From: Candidatus Latescibacterota bacterium
GTDB taxonomy: Bacteria; Latescibacterota; UBA2968; UBA8231
NCBI GenBank assembly: GCA_965206595.1
Contig: OZ242214.1
Coordinates: forward strand, 4,128,001 to 4,192,000
Direction: 5' to 3'
Length of the DNA stretch: 64,000 bases
Of the stretch, positions 29,706 to 39,946 are shown in pieces. The notes below the pieces were generated by a model, which made no database searches, had not been told where the DNA came from, and saw only the letters and a list, made by a program, of their open reading frames with translations. Both the position numbers and the translations under genes were made by a program. Numbering within the stretch: the stretch's first letter is position 1; the number at the start of each line of letters is the position of its first letter.

Positions 29706-30373
29706 CCCTTCAGCGGGTCCCCGAGCCGGAGCTGATGTCGGTCGAGGATCAGGCGCGGGCTTACGCCGGCGCCGATTTCGAGGAGCCGCACGGCCACTTC
29801 ATCCGCCGCCTGCAGGAACGGCTTCCGGGGCTGCCGGAGCGGGGAACGGCGCTCGATCTCGGCTGCGGCCCCGCGGACATCGGCATCCGTTTCGCGCGCG
29901 CCTTTCCCGGCTGGAAGGTGCACGGCCTCGACGGTTCGGCCGCCATGCTGGCGCTCGCGCGCGAGGCGGTCGACGGCGCCGGCCTCGGGGATCGCGTCGA
30001 GCTGGTCGAAGCGCGGCTGCAGGAACGGCGCCCCCCGGCCGGGGCTTACGATCTCGTGTTCTCCAACAGCCTCCTCCACCATCTCGAAGATCCGGCGATT
30101 CTGTGGGAATCGGTCCGGGTTCACGCGGGGCCCAATGGCCGGGTGTTCGTCATGGACCTGATGCGCCCCGATAGCGAGCGTCAGCTTCAAGAGCTCGCGG
30201 CGACCTACCGCGACGAGCCGGAGGTGCTGCAACGGGATTACTGCAATTCCCTGCGCGCCGCGTACCGCCTCGATGAAGTCCGCCGGCAACTGGATGGGAG
30301 CGGCCTGTCCGGACTGCAGGCCGCGACCGCGTCCGACCGCCACCTGATGGTCTGGGGACCGGGCTCCGTCTGA
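29702..30373 (+). CDS. Class I SAM-dependent methyltransferase
   Basis: RVPEPELM, LDLGCGPAD, SNSLLHH and DLMRP; TTG start overlaps the upstream stop. Confidence 0.88.
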   Translation: MTLQRVPEPELMSVEDQARAYAGADFEEPHGHFIRRLQERLPGLPERGTALDLGCGPADIGIRFARAFPGWKVHGLDGSAAMLALAREAVDGAGLGDRVELVEARLQERRPPAGAYDLVFSNSLLHHLEDPAILWESVRVHAGPNGRVFVMDLMRPDSERQLQELAATYRDEPEVLQRDYCNSLRAAYRLDEVRRQLDGSGLSGLQAATASDRHLMVWGPGSV

Positions 30374-30418
30374 TATGGATCCTGCGGCGTCAGGGCGTAC
30401 GAATGAAAGGAAGCCTCA

Positions 30419-31264
30419 GTGAAACAGGAAGATTTCGATTTCTTCAAGGAAAACGGCTACCTCCTGCTCGAACCGTTTCTGAGCGACGAGGAGGTAGCCC
30501 GCTTTGTCGAGGTATTCGAACGGGAACGACGGGATTTCGGCCGTTTCTGGACCGAAAACGGCATCTGGCAGACCCAGTACTGCCAGTCGCTGCTGACGGC
30601 GCCCGAGTTCGATGAAGTCATCCGCCACCCCAATGCCATGGAGCCCCTCCGGGAGTTGATGGGCGGCGAAGTCTGCTTCGGGCAAATCTGCCTCAACAAC
30701 ATGGGGCCGTACGAGGGTGAGCCGGTACCCGGCATGACGTCGTGGGATGGACCCGTAGGGCGCCGCTGGCATCGCGACGGGGGGGCACGGCTCATGTGGC
30801 GGGAACATCCGCTGCGCATCGGCTATATGAGGCTGCAGCTCTACCTGACCGACGTCAGCGATACGACCCACAGCTTTGCCCTTTCGCCCGAATCGATAGA
30901 TCAGGAGATCCTGAACAAGGAAGCTCAGCTGGCACGGGGCGGAATCCGCGACCTGCAGGGCCCTGCGGGCACGGCGGTACTGTTCAACGTATCCTGCTTG
31001 CACACGGTCAGCATACGTCCGACACAGGCCGAACGAAAAACCGTGGGGATCTACTACGGTCATCGGCACCGGGAGTACCACAGCGATCATACCTATATCC
31101 CCCCCTCGCTTTGGCGGGACCACCCGGACGGGGAAGTTCGCGGATTCTACGGCCTTCTCAATGGCAAAACCCGGACCTACCTGGAGCGCACGGCCGCGCG
31201 CGGGGAGGTTTCCGCGAACGAGGCGCTGGAGATTCTGGACGATATTCCGCCGGCACGGCCATGA
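30419..31264 (+). CDS. PhyH-family dioxygenase
   Basis: FKENGYL, WHRD, LYLTDV and FNVSCLH. Confidence 0.85.
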   Translation: MKQEDFDFFKENGYLLLEPFLSDEEVARFVEVFERERRDFGRFWTENGIWQTQYCQSLLTAPEFDEVIRHPNAMEPLRELMGGEVCFGQICLNNMGPYEGEPVPGMTSWDGPVGRRWHRDGGARLMWREHPLRIGYMRLQLYLTDVSDTTHSFALSPESIDQEILNKEAQLARGGIRDLQGPAGTAVLFNVSCLHTVSIRPTQAERKTVGIYYGHRHREYHSDHTYIPPSLWRDHPDGEVRGFYGLLNGKTRTYLERTAARGEVSANEALEILDDIPPARP

Positions 31265-31372
31265 GGTCGCCGGGACGCTAACGGAGGCTTCGCCGATGAC
31301 ACCGGGCCACCACCGCCAGAGACGGCTCGGGTGGACGACTTCCTGGCCTGGAATGGCAGCTTCCAGGCAGGC

Positions 31373-32455
31373 TTACCCGTATCTGTCCCGGAGCAGGCGG
31401 GCGCCCCGGCACATGGCGGAGAGCTTGAGGAAGGCGCGGTCGAAGTTGGCGCCGTTGCCCGCGGTGGTGGCGAAGCCGCAGTCCGGATTGAGCGCGAGCC
31501 GTTCCTTGTCGACGAACCGCATCGCGGCTTCGACCCGGTGGACGACCGTCTCCGGCGTCTCCACCTCGGGACTGCCGGGTGCGATCACCCCCAGTCCCAG
31601 CAGCTTGTCGTCGGGAAAGCGTTCTAGCGGCTGCAGCTGCCGCGCCACCGGGCTGTTGAACTCCATCGCGAACCGGTCCGCCGGCATTCTCCGCACCGCG
31701 TCCATGATCAGGTCGCGTGCCTGCGGGATGTTCCGGTGCTGTTCCCCGTGCGCATGGCACAGGTGGACGCTGAGGAAGGTGCCATCGAGTCCCTTGGCGA
31801 CCTCGCCGATCGTTTCTACCGAGAGCTCCACCGCCTGCTGCAGCGAGGCGAGATTCGCTTCCAGGCCGTAGGTCTCGGGGTCGGCGAGCCGGGGCAGCAG
31901 CGGCTCGTCGAGCTGAACGGCATCGACGCCGGCCCTGGAGAGCGCAAGGATCTCGTCGCGGATAATCGGCACGCAGGCGCGGACGAAACTCTCCCGGGTC
32001 GGGTAGGTGTCTGCCGAATGCTGCGGATGCCACAGGAGGTCGGCGATCGTGCAGGGGGCCGGCAGGGGGACGATGATCCTGCGATCGGTATTGCGGCGCA
32101 GGAACTCCGCCTCGTCGCTGACGATGGGGCCGAGGGGCTGGAGCTCGTCGACTACGAAGGCATGCAGCAGCAGGGGGCCTCGCCGGGCTTTCTCGCGCCG
32201 GAAGCCGCCCACCTTGTCGGCGAACACGCGGGTGTAGTTCTCGCGGCGCCACTCTCCGTCGGAGAGGTAGTCGAGGCCGGCGCGCTCCTGCATCAGGACG
32301 GCCGACCGGACCGCGGCATCGAGCAGCTCGTCCGCCTCGGGTGCGCTGAGACGCCCGGCTATCCGGTCGGCGATGACATCCTGCACCCATCGCGGGCGGG
32401 GCAGGCTGCCGATAACCATGGTGGGGAAAAGGGTGCCCAGTGGAGGGGCGGTCAT
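31373..32455 (-). CDS. Cobalamin-independent methionine synthase II family (single-barrel MetE-like)
   Basis: IGSLPRP, SDGEWRR, QLDEP, HLC, a conserved E and PDCG. Confidence 0.88.
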   Translation of the reverse strand: MTAPPLGTLFPTMVIGSLPRPRWVQDVIADRIAGRLSAPEADELLDAAVRSAVLMQERAGLDYLSDGEWRRENYTRVFADKVGGFRREKARRGPLLLHAFVVDELQPLGPIVSDEAEFLRRNTDRRIIVPLPAPCTIADLLWHPQHSADTYPTRESFVRACVPIIRDEILALSRAGVDAVQLDEPLLPRLADPETYGLEANLASLQQAVELSVETIGEVAKGLDGTFLSVHLCHAHGEQHRNIPQARDLIMDAVRRMPADRFAMEFNSPVARQLQPLERFPDDKLLGLGVIAPGSPEVETPETVVHRVEAAMRFVDKERLALNPDCGFATTAGNGANFDRAFLKLSAMCRGARLLRDRYG

Positions 32456-32688
32456 CGGGACGGGTCTTCCAGGCGCATCTCAGTCATTCCGAGGGTCTTC
32501 AGTCATCTAATGGTGTTTCGAGGGCGATTCCAGCTGTAGCTTCGAGTTGGCTGGCCGGCGCCGGAAGCAAGGGCAGTCCGGACGGGAGTCAAGGCACTAT
32601 GACAGAGAGCCTCTCAGGAGGATGCTCTGCGTCCGGATTGTGTCACCCTGCATAGACCGGTGTCGATTCACCGGAATCAGGTCCCGAT

Positions 32689-33510
32689 ATGACAACACGA
32701 TTCACAGACGCTCACTTCGAGGAATTCAGTGCCAGAGGCTACCTGATCGTGCGCGATTTCATCTCGGAAAGGCAGCGCCGGGTTATGGCGGCAGCCCTGC
32801 GCAAGCTGCTGAAACCCTGGGATGAAATAAAGGATGATGCTTCCGAAAACCACAGCGACCATTGCTTCTTCCCCTATCCGGAACCCTGCCTGAATCGGGC
32901 CATCCTCCATCCCGAAGCCCTCGCATTTGCCAGACGTTGGCACGAGACGGACCACATCCATTACCGGCAGGGGTTGGCCATGGTGCGCTACCCAGGCTTC
33001 GAAGGTGATTCCGGAAAACCCCACATCGACAATGGGAACAACTCCCTGCTGCCAATCACCGTGTCCGACCGGCGCCACGCACAGATCGTTTTCTGGGTAT
33101 TTCCCGAAGACGTCGACGAAGACCAGGCTCCGCTCCGCCTCATCGCGACAGCCGACGGCCGGGATCTCGGCAAGGCGGAAGTGGCCGCAGTCCCTGGAGG
33201 ATCAGTCGCCATCTTTCACACCTATACCTGGCATTCAGCCAGCAATTACCTGTGGCCGGACGGCCAGCGCTATTCGTGGAGCTTCGGGTTCGGACGGGCG
33301 GACCATTACTGGGAAGGCGTCAAGCACTACACCGACCAGGGAGGCAACCCGCATTTTCGAGCCTTCATCGGGTCCCTGTCGGCGAAGGAGCGGGAGGTTT
33401 TCTGGTTTCCGCCGCCGGACCACCTCTACTACACCGGCCAGACCCTCGCCTTGCTGGAGGAGCAGTACCCGGGTTGGAATGCCCGTGGGGAGTACCGGCC
33501 GAACAGCTGA
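32689..33510 (+). CDS. PhyH-family dioxygenase
   Basis: FSARGYL, PHIDNGNN and FHTYTWHSA. Confidence 0.82.
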   Translation: MTTRFTDAHFEEFSARGYLIVRDFISERQRRVMAAALRKLLKPWDEIKDDASENHSDHCFFPYPEPCLNRAILHPEALAFARRWHETDHIHYRQGLAMVRYPGFEGDSGKPHIDNGNNSLLPITVSDRRHAQIVFWVFPEDVDEDQAPLRLIATADGRDLGKAEVAAVPGGSVAIFHTYTWHSASNYLWPDGQRYSWSFGFGRADHYWEGVKHYTDQGGNPHFRAFIGSLSAKEREVFWFPPPDHLYYTGQTLALLEEQYPGWNARGEYRPNS

Positions 33511-33665
33511 AAGTTTCTGACCGGATAATCAGGCGGCGGAGAACCGCAGGTGTCAGTGCCGGACCCGGAACGGGCGCGACCTGCTGCTCTGGGCGTCCGG
33601 CCAATCGGTAAAAAGAGATTCGGGGCACAGGGTTTCCGATCAGGGAGCCGCCCCGGACAGCGCTT

Positions 33666-33892
33666 GGCAGCCCGTCGATATAGTTGCTCTGCGGCGGTGC
33701 CGAGTCATGGCGGTCGAAGACGCGCGACCGAGTCGAATCGCAGGGAATTCGGGGAGGGGGCGCCACGCCGTATTCGGAACGCTCTCTTTAGAGCGTTTCA
33801 GGGAACGGTAAAGCCGTTCCCAACACGAACCCGCAGGGTTCGCGACCGCCAGGGCCGGTCGCAGCCCGGATGGATTTTTTCAACGGGCTGTC
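33666..33892. mobile_element. MITE copy 2 (227 bp) with an internal insertion of about 95 bp
   Basis: Ends GGCAGCCCGTCGA...TTCAACGGGCTGTC; shares GTCTTCGACCGCCATGACTCGGC and CGGTCGCGAACCCT with copy 1 (reverse strand). Confidence 0.8.
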
Positions 33893-34907
33893 AGAGCCGG
33901 CCCCAGTCGAAGACCGCTCCGAGGTACTCCTCCCGTTTCGAGGTCAGCCCTTCGTAGATGCGCTGGCAGTCCGCGGGGGAGGCGAACTGGTCGAGCAGCG
34001 GCGCAACCTGCAGCCGCCCCGCGGCGATCCAGCCGGCGATCTGCCGGTAGTTGGCTGCCAGGTCCCGGGTGCGTTCGCTCTCGTGCATCGGCCAGCGCCA
34101 CTCCAGGGAGCCGATCATGCGGATCGCCTCCAGGTGGATGCGCAGCAGCATCGGCGTGGCGTCGAAGGTCGCCGGCGCCCTCGGGCTCCCGAGCAGGATC
34201 ACTTCCCCGTACCGGGCGGTCTGGGCAACCGCCAGGTCGACGACTTCGCTGACCCCGATCGCCTCGACGACGATGCGGGCTTTGCGGCCCTGCGTCCACT
34301 CGTCGACCGCCTCGCCGAGATCGTCTACCCCGGAATTGACGGTCCGCTCGATGCCGCACTCCCGCGCTCGCCGCAAGCGGTAGTCGGACAGGTCGGCGGC
34401 CAGGACGTCGGCCCCGGCCAGCCGGAACAGCTGGGCGGCGAAGTTGCCGACCAGCCCCATCCCTATGACCATCACCGTGTCGCCGGGCTGCACCGAGGAA
34501 GAGCGCAGGGCGCTGATGCCGACCCCGGCCATGCGCGCGAAAACCATCTGCTCTCCGGGAGCGTCGCGGGGGACGGGAAGGGCGAAGCGGGCGGCGTCCG
34601 CCTTGACGACGCTGGCGTGGCTGGAAAAGCTCAGCACCCGGTCGCCGGGACGGCACATCAGGTCCTCGGAGCCGACGGCGATCACCTCGCCGAGGTTGCC
34701 GTACCCCGTCGGACGCGGGTACCTGCCGCTCTCGCCGAACGGCATCTCCTTCACCAGGCCGGTGAAACCTGCCCCCTCGGTCCCGGCGCTGACGATGGAG
34801 TACCCGGTGCGCACCAGGGCTTCGTGCGGGGCCAGGACCTCCTTGATCTCTGCGACCTGAAGCTCGATGCTGCCTGGTTCGGTAACGATGAGCTGATGCG
34901 TCTGCAA
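33891..34907 (-). CDS. MDR-family (Zn-binding-type) alcohol dehydrogenase
   Basis: SAGTE, GYGNLGEV, PGDRV and IGMGLVG; TTG start after GGAGGA. Confidence 0.87.
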   Translation of the reverse strand: MQTHQLIVTEPGSIELQVAEIKEVLAPHEALVRTGYSIVSAGTEGAGFTGLVKEMPFGESGRYPRPTGYGNLGEVIAVGSEDLMCRPGDRVLSFSSHASVVKADAARFALPVPRDAPGEQMVFARMAGVGISALRSSSVQPGDTVMVIGMGLVGNFAAQLFRLAGADVLAADLSDYRLRRARECGIERTVNSGVDDLGEAVDEWTQGRKARIVVEAIGVSEVVDLAVAQTARYGEVILLGSPRAPATFDATPMLLRIHLEAIRMIGSLEWRWPMHESERTRDLAANYRQIAGWIAAGRLQVAPLLDQFASPADCQRIYEGLTSKREEYLGAVFDWGRL

Positions 34908-35008
34908 GGGGCCATCCTCCGGAACAGTGACGTGCCCGCGGCAACTGGACATGCCCCGCGGGAGCGCATAAAGTAGGCGCTCCTTCCACCCGGAACACCA
35001 ATCGGACG

Positions 35009-35785
35009 ATGAGCTATCTCGAGCAGCTGTTTTCCCTCGAAGGGAAGCTGGCGGTCGTGACCGGCGGCAGCCGGGGCCTGGGCAGGGGCATGGCCGAGGC
35101 CCTGCTGGGAGCCGGCGCCGAGGTCATCCTGGTCGGGGCCGACGGGGATCGATTGCAGGCGGCCGTCGCCGAGCTTCGCGCCGCGGGGCTGAAAGCGGTC
35201 TCCTGCCGCTGCGACCTCCAATCCGCCGGCGAGATCGATCGCCTGTGCCGCTTTGTCGAAGAGGAACACGGCCGCCTCGACGTCCTCGTCAACGCCGCCG
35301 GCGTCACCAGCGGCTGGAACGACGTGCTCGAATACCCGGACGAGGCTTGGGAGAAGACCCTGAAGATCAACCTCGAGGCGCCGTTCAGGTTGTGCCGCGG
35401 CATGGCGCGGTTGATGGCGGAAAAGGGCGGAGCGATCGTCAACATCACCAGCTTGGCGGTTGAACGGGGCGCTCCCGACAACCCGGCGTACGGCGCCGCC
35501 AAGGGGGGGCTGCGGTCGATGACGAGATCCCTGGCGGTGAGCCTGGGCAAGTACGGAATCCGCGTAAACAACATCGGCCCCGGGTACATCCGGACCGACA
35601 TGACCAACCTCAGCTGGAACGACTCCGAGCTGCGGGAGCGGCGCCGGCAGGCGACGATCCTCAAACGCTGGGGGCAGCCGGCGGACCTCGCCGGAACCGT
35701 TCTCCTGCTGGCATCCGAGGCCGGCAGCTACATCACCGGCCAGGACATCTACGTCGACGGCGGCTGGCTGGCCAACTTCGATTGA
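35009..35785 (+). CDS. SDR oxidoreductase (gluconate 5-dehydrogenase-like)
   Basis: [25 protein letters not shown] and YVDGG motifs. Confidence 0.9.
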   Translation: MSYLEQLFSLEGKLAVVTGGSRGLGRGMAEALLGAGAEVILVGADGDRLQAAVAELRAAGLKAVSCRCDLQSAGEIDRLCRFVEEEHGRLDVLVNAAGVTSGWNDVLEYPDEAWEKTLKINLEAPFRLCRGMARLMAEKGGAIVNITSLAVERGAPDNPAYGAAKGGLRSMTRSLAVSLGKYGIRVNNIGPGYIRTDMTNLSWNDSELRERRRQATILKRWGQPADLAGTVLLLASEAGSYITGQDIYVDGGWLANFD

Positions 35786-35790
35786 GAGCG

Positions 35791-36828
35791 ATGGCAGACA
35801 GAACAGTAGACCTGAGAAGCGACACCACGACGAGGCCGACCGCGGAGATGCGCGCCGCCATGCAGACCGCCGCGGTAGGCGACGACGCCTTCGGCGAGGA
35901 TCCCACGGTAAACCTCCTCCAGGAGAAGGCCGCCGAAAGGCTGGGGATGGAGGCTGCCCTGCTCGTGCCCTCGGGAACGATGGGGAACGGCTTGGCCCTG
36001 CTGGTCCACACCGAGCCGGGGGACACTTTCTTGAGCCACGAGCGCGGTCACGTGATGGGGAGGGTTCCGTTCCACACCGCCGCCGGCGTCGAGCCGCGCA
36101 CCTTCGCCACCGAGTTCGGGGTGATCGCCCCGTACGAGCTGACCGATCTCGTGCAAAAGGACCGTGCCGCCGCCGGCAAACCCAGCCTGCTGTGTCTCGA
36201 GAACAGCCACAACCACAGCGGCGGCTACGCCTGGCTGCCGGAGGAGGTCGCCGCGGCAGCCGGTGCCGCCCGCGATCTGGGACTGAAGGTCCACATGGAC
36301 GGGGCGCGCATGTTCAACTCCTGCGTCGCCCTCGGCATCGAGCCGCCGCAGTACGCCGGGCACGTCGATTCGGTGATGTTCTGCGTCTCCAAGGGGCTGA
36401 GCGCCCCGGTCGGCTCGCTCCTGTGCGGCAGCGGCGAATTCATCGACAAGGCGCGCAAGGTGCGCAGCAGCATCGGGGGCACGATGCGCCAGGCCGGAAC
36501 GGTGGCGGCCGCGGGAATCATCGCCCTCGACAGGATGGTCGACCGCCTCGCCGAGGATCACCTGCATGCGCGGCTGCTGTGCGAGGGGCTGGCCAGGATC
36601 GAGGGGATAGCCCCGAGGCAGCCGCCCAACCCGACCAACTTCGTGATGGTCGACGCCACGGGACTGGGATGGTCGAGCTCCGATTTCGGGGAGCGGGTCG
36701 CCGCGGAAGGAGTGCTGGCGATACAGAGGCCGCCGAACGATCTCAGGCTGGTGCTGCACCGGCACCTGGGCCCGGAGGATGTCGAGCTCGCTATCGAGGC
36801 GTTGGCCAGGGCGGCGGCCGCGGCCTGA
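35791..36828 (+). CDS. ltaE: Low-specificity L-threonine aldolase
   Basis: [36 protein letters not shown] and GGTMRQAG. Confidence 0.88.
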   Translation: MADRTVDLRSDTTTRPTAEMRAAMQTAAVGDDAFGEDPTVNLLQEKAAERLGMEAALLVPSGTMGNGLALLVHTEPGDTFLSHERGHVMGRVPFHTAAGVEPRTFATEFGVIAPYELTDLVQKDRAAAGKPSLLCLENSHNHSGGYAWLPEEVAAAAGAARDLGLKVHMDGARMFNSCVALGIEPPQYAGHVDSVMFCVSKGLSAPVGSLLCGSGEFIDKARKVRSSIGGTMRQAGTVAAAGIIALDRMVDRLAEDHLHARLLCEGLARIEGIAPRQPPNPTNFVMVDATGLGWSSSDFGERVAAEGVLAIQRPPNDLRLVLHRHLGPEDVELAIEALARAAAAA

Positions 36829-36910
36829 CAGGGCCGGAAAGAGCGATTTTCCTTCGGGGTCGGGGGCCCCGAACCGCAACTTCACCCGGTTTATTCAGAA
36901 CGAGGAGAGC

Positions 36911-37858
36911 ATGATACGAGTAGCTGTAATCGGCTGCGGCGGCCGCGGGCGCGGCGAGTTGGAGAACCTGTCACAGTTCGATGACGTCGAGCTGATCGCG
37001 GTCTGCGATCCGGTGGCGGAGGCGCGCGACCGGGCCGCTGAGGAGCACGGCATACAGCGCCGCCACGAGTCGATCGAGGAGATGCTGGATGCCGGCGGAA
37101 TCGACGCCGCCTGGGTGACGACGCCGGCTCATCTCAACGCTCCGTCCGCCCTCCCCTGCCTCGAGGCAGGGGTGCACACCCTGCTCGAAAAACCCCCCGG
37201 CATGCACGTCGAGGAGACGCGCCGCCTGCGCGCTGCGGCGAAGGCCTCCGGGGCCAAGGGGATGGTCGGCTGGCAGCGGCGCTTCGACCCGATGGTGGTC
37301 GAGGCGCGCCGGGCCATCCTCGAGCGCGGGCCCATCGTTCAGCTCGTCGGGGAGTTCCACAAGAGCATGGCCGGCTTCGAACGGGGCGGGCGCTTCCCGG
37401 AGATCGTGATGGAGCGGATGCTGATGGAGTCGCCAATCCACGCCATCGACCTGGTGAGGTCGCTGGCCGGATCCGACGTCGCCGAGGTGCACAGCATCGT
37501 CAAGCGGCGTTTCTCGAAGTACAACGACGTGCACGCCGCCCTGGTGCTGTTCGAGAACGGCTGCGTCGCCCACCTGAGCGCCAACTACACCACCGATGCT
37601 CGGCTCGAGCGCTACGAAATCCACGGCCGCGAAATCTCCGCCTACCTCGAGGGGATCCGCACCGGCAAGCTGGTCTGCGACGGGCAGGTGCGCGAGCTGA
37701 CCAAGGATGACGCCGAGACCCAGCGCCACAAGGACCGCCACTTCCTCGACTGCATCCGCGACGACCGTCCGGTCGGATTGCCGGGGGCGGACCTCGACGA
37801 GGCGGTCAAGACGATGGAGCTAGCCGAGGCGATCCTCGCGGGGCTGCGCCAGGACTGA
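36911..37858 (+). CDS. Gfo/Idh/MocA family oxidoreductase
   Basis: VIGCGGRG, LEKPPG, QRRF and IHAID motifs. Confidence 0.9.
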   Translation: MIRVAVIGCGGRGRGELENLSQFDDVELIAVCDPVAEARDRAAEEHGIQRRHESIEEMLDAGGIDAAWVTTPAHLNAPSALPCLEAGVHTLLEKPPGMHVEETRRLRAAAKASGAKGMVGWQRRFDPMVVEARRAILERGPIVQLVGEFHKSMAGFERGGRFPEIVMERMLMESPIHAIDLVRSLAGSDVAEVHSIVKRRFSKYNDVHAALVLFENGCVAHLSANYTTDARLERYEIHGREISAYLEGIRTGKLVCDGQVRELTKDDAETQRHKDRHFLDCIRDDRPVGLPGADLDEAVKTMELAEAILAGLRQD

Positions 37859-37869
37859 AGGGGGAGGTC

Positions 37870-37953
37870 ATGAAACTGAGCTTCCACACCTGCGGGCTGG
37901 GGTGGTACTCCCTGGAGGAGGCGATAGACCTCGCCGCCAGGACGGGGCTGTAG
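37870..37953 (+). pseudogene. Truncated sugar-phosphate isomerase/epimerase (xylose-isomerase-like TIM barrel) N-terminus
   Basis: Strong RBS GGAGG, then MKLSFHTCGLGWYSLEEAIDLAARTGL-stop; matches the typical MKL.......LEEAI..A...G start of this family. Confidence 0.6.
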
Positions 37954-37955
37954 CC

Positions 37956-38942
37956 ATGGCCGCCCGCGAGGTGCCCAAAGTCCGCTTCGGCCGCACCGAT
38001 CTTCTGGTGTCGCGGCTCTGCCAGGGGACGGCGTTCCGCACGATGGCGCGCAGCGAAGCCAACGCGAAGGGAGTCGATGTCCTGCGCTATTGCCTCGATG
38101 CGGGGGTCAACTTCTTCGATTCCGCCATCGCCTACGGGTGGGGCGGCGCCGAGAAGGCCCTCGGCAGGGCGGTCGCCGGACGCCGCGATCGGGCGGTCAT
38201 CTGCACCAAGGTTACCAGCTCGCATGCCCCGCCCTCGGAGAGCGAGCCGGGAGAGCCGGCGGCGTTCACTCCCGCCTACCTCGAAAGCCAGCTGCACGGG
38301 TCGCTGGGCCGGCTCGGGACCGACTACCTCGACCTGTTCCTCCTCCACCAGCCGGACGGGGTCACCGGCGCCGCGGATATCTGCGCGGCGATGGACGCCT
38401 TCGTGCAGGCCGGCAAGGTCCGCTACTGGGGGATCTCCAACCACTCCGCCGCGGCGGTCTCCGGGCTGCACGAAACCGCCCTGGCGGCAGGAACGAGCCC
38501 ACCCGCCGGGATCGAAGATTACTACACCGTGGCCGGCGTCGCCCTGTCGGATGACAACCAGGCGCGCACCCGCATGTTCGAGCGCGAGATGTTCCCCGTG
38601 GTCCGCGAGCTGGGCCTCGGAGTGATGACCTTCAGCCCGATGGACCAGGGGTTCCTGGCCCCGGGAAGGAAAGTCGAGCACGGCCCCCCGATGGAGAGGA
38701 TGATCGCCGAGCTCGACGCGGTCGCGGGAGAGCTGGGCGTGTCGCGGGCATCGGTCTGCGTCGCCTGGGTGCTTGCCCGCCCCGAAGTGACCAGCGTCCT
38801 CGCCGGAAGCGAAAGCGAGGAGCACGTCGACCAGGTACTGGCCGGAACCACGCTCGCCGTTCCCGCGGAGCTGATGGACCGGCTCGACGCGGCGAGCCAT
38901 CGCTTCACGAGCGAGATGGAGCAGGCGGGGGCCGAGTCCTGA
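37956..38942 (+). CDS. Aldo/keto reductase
   Basis: FGRTDLLVS, FFDSAIAYG, ICTK, SLGRLGTDYLDLFLLHQPD and GKVRYWGISN. Confidence 0.92.
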   Translation: MAAREVPKVRFGRTDLLVSRLCQGTAFRTMARSEANAKGVDVLRYCLDAGVNFFDSAIAYGWGGAEKALGRAVAGRRDRAVICTKVTSSHAPPSESEPGEPAAFTPAYLESQLHGSLGRLGTDYLDLFLLHQPDGVTGAADICAAMDAFVQAGKVRYWGISNHSAAAVSGLHETALAAGTSPPAGIEDYYTVAGVALSDDNQARTRMFEREMFPVVRELGLGVMTFSPMDQGFLAPGRKVEHGPPMERMIAELDAVAGELGVSRASVCVAWVLARPEVTSVLAGSESEEHVDQVLAGTTLAVPAELMDRLDAASHRFTSEMEQAGAES

Positions 38943-39422
38943 GAGGCTGGGTATCGCCCGCAGCGGATGTCCCTTCCATCCACATCCGCCTCGACGACAG
39001 ATCCGGGCCCTTCCGAACCGCACCCGGTTTCGGGGGAGTGGGAACAACTCGCTACGTCAAGAGGCTATTCGCATGCTGTCGACGCCGAGCTACTGACCCT
39101 GTTCCGCAGGTGGGATGGCAGGCCGGAGTGGAGTGGATTGAAGTGGATCGCATTCAAACGCTGGTCCTGGCAGGATCGTATCCCCGGAGATCGGGAGAGC
39201 CGGGCAATGCACAGAATCGTTAGGCTACATCTGCCACTGAGTTGTCCCGGTTCCCCAATCGGCTCCCAATATCCATTCTCACGGCGCTTGGCTTTCCGAA
39301 AGCGCGCGGATTCTCCGTAGGTCTGATGCCCACACAGGAGAGGATGGTCAGCGGTCGCCAAGCTGCGCTTCTGAACATGTCCCCGAAAAACTCCGCTGCA
39401 ACCCGATTAGGAATAACCTGAA

Positions 39423-39866
39423 ATGACGGCATCCGATCCCTATTCCCTGCGGATCGCCCACAAAACAGCAGCCTCGCCCGATGCGGTCTTCGCCGCCTTC
39501 ACGGATCCAGAGCAGTTGATGAACTGGTGGGGCCCTCCCGGATTCACCGCGCCGAGCGCCGAGGTCGACCTGCGGGTCGGCGGCATCTATCGCCTGGAGA
39601 TGCAGGCGCCGGACGGGGATCACATGTTCGCCAAGGGGACTTTCCGGGAAATCATCCCGCCCCGCAGGCTGGTAATGACCTGGGAGTGGGAGCAGACCAG
39701 CATGGACGGCGAGGTTTCAACAGTCACCATCGAGTTTCGCCGCAGCCGTGGGGGCACGGCGATCGACCTGCAACACGAAGGTTTCAGCTCCGAGGATGTG
39801 GGCGCCCGTCACCAGAGCGGCTGGGAAGGCTGCCTCGCCTCCCTGGACGAGCACCTGAACGGGTAG
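39423..39866 (+). CDS. SRPBCC/AHSA1 domain protein
   Basis: VFAAFTDPE..WWGP, DLRVGG.Y, P.RLVMTW and H..GW motifs. Confidence 0.9.
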   Translation: MTASDPYSLRIAHKTAASPDAVFAAFTDPEQLMNWWGPPGFTAPSAEVDLRVGGIYRLEMQAPDGDHMFAKGTFREIIPPRRLVMTWEWEQTSMDGEVSTVTIEFRRSRGGTAIDLQHEGFSSEDVGARHQSGWEGCLASLDEHLNG

Positions 39867-39946
39867 CACCGCGATCCGGAGGGGGGAGCAGTGGCCGGTA
39901 GTTCTACCGGGGGATCACCCTCAACCACCCCTGAATCGACCCAAAG

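Noticed and set aside
28095-30373. rml/O-antigen or secondary-metabolite sugar cluster
   Set aside because: Only a nucleotidyltransferase, a generic epimerase and a methyltransferase are present; there is no rmlC/D, glycosyltransferase or scaffold synthase nearby.
32456-32688. SAM or cobalamin riboswitch upstream of the MetE-like gene
   Set aside because: I could not find the conserved core motifs on the minus strand by eye; an Rfam scan would settle it.
38943-39422. Short ORFs (38967-39320 and others) in the gap
   Set aside because: They have no RBS, motif or host-like codon pattern; probably intergenic or decayed sequence.
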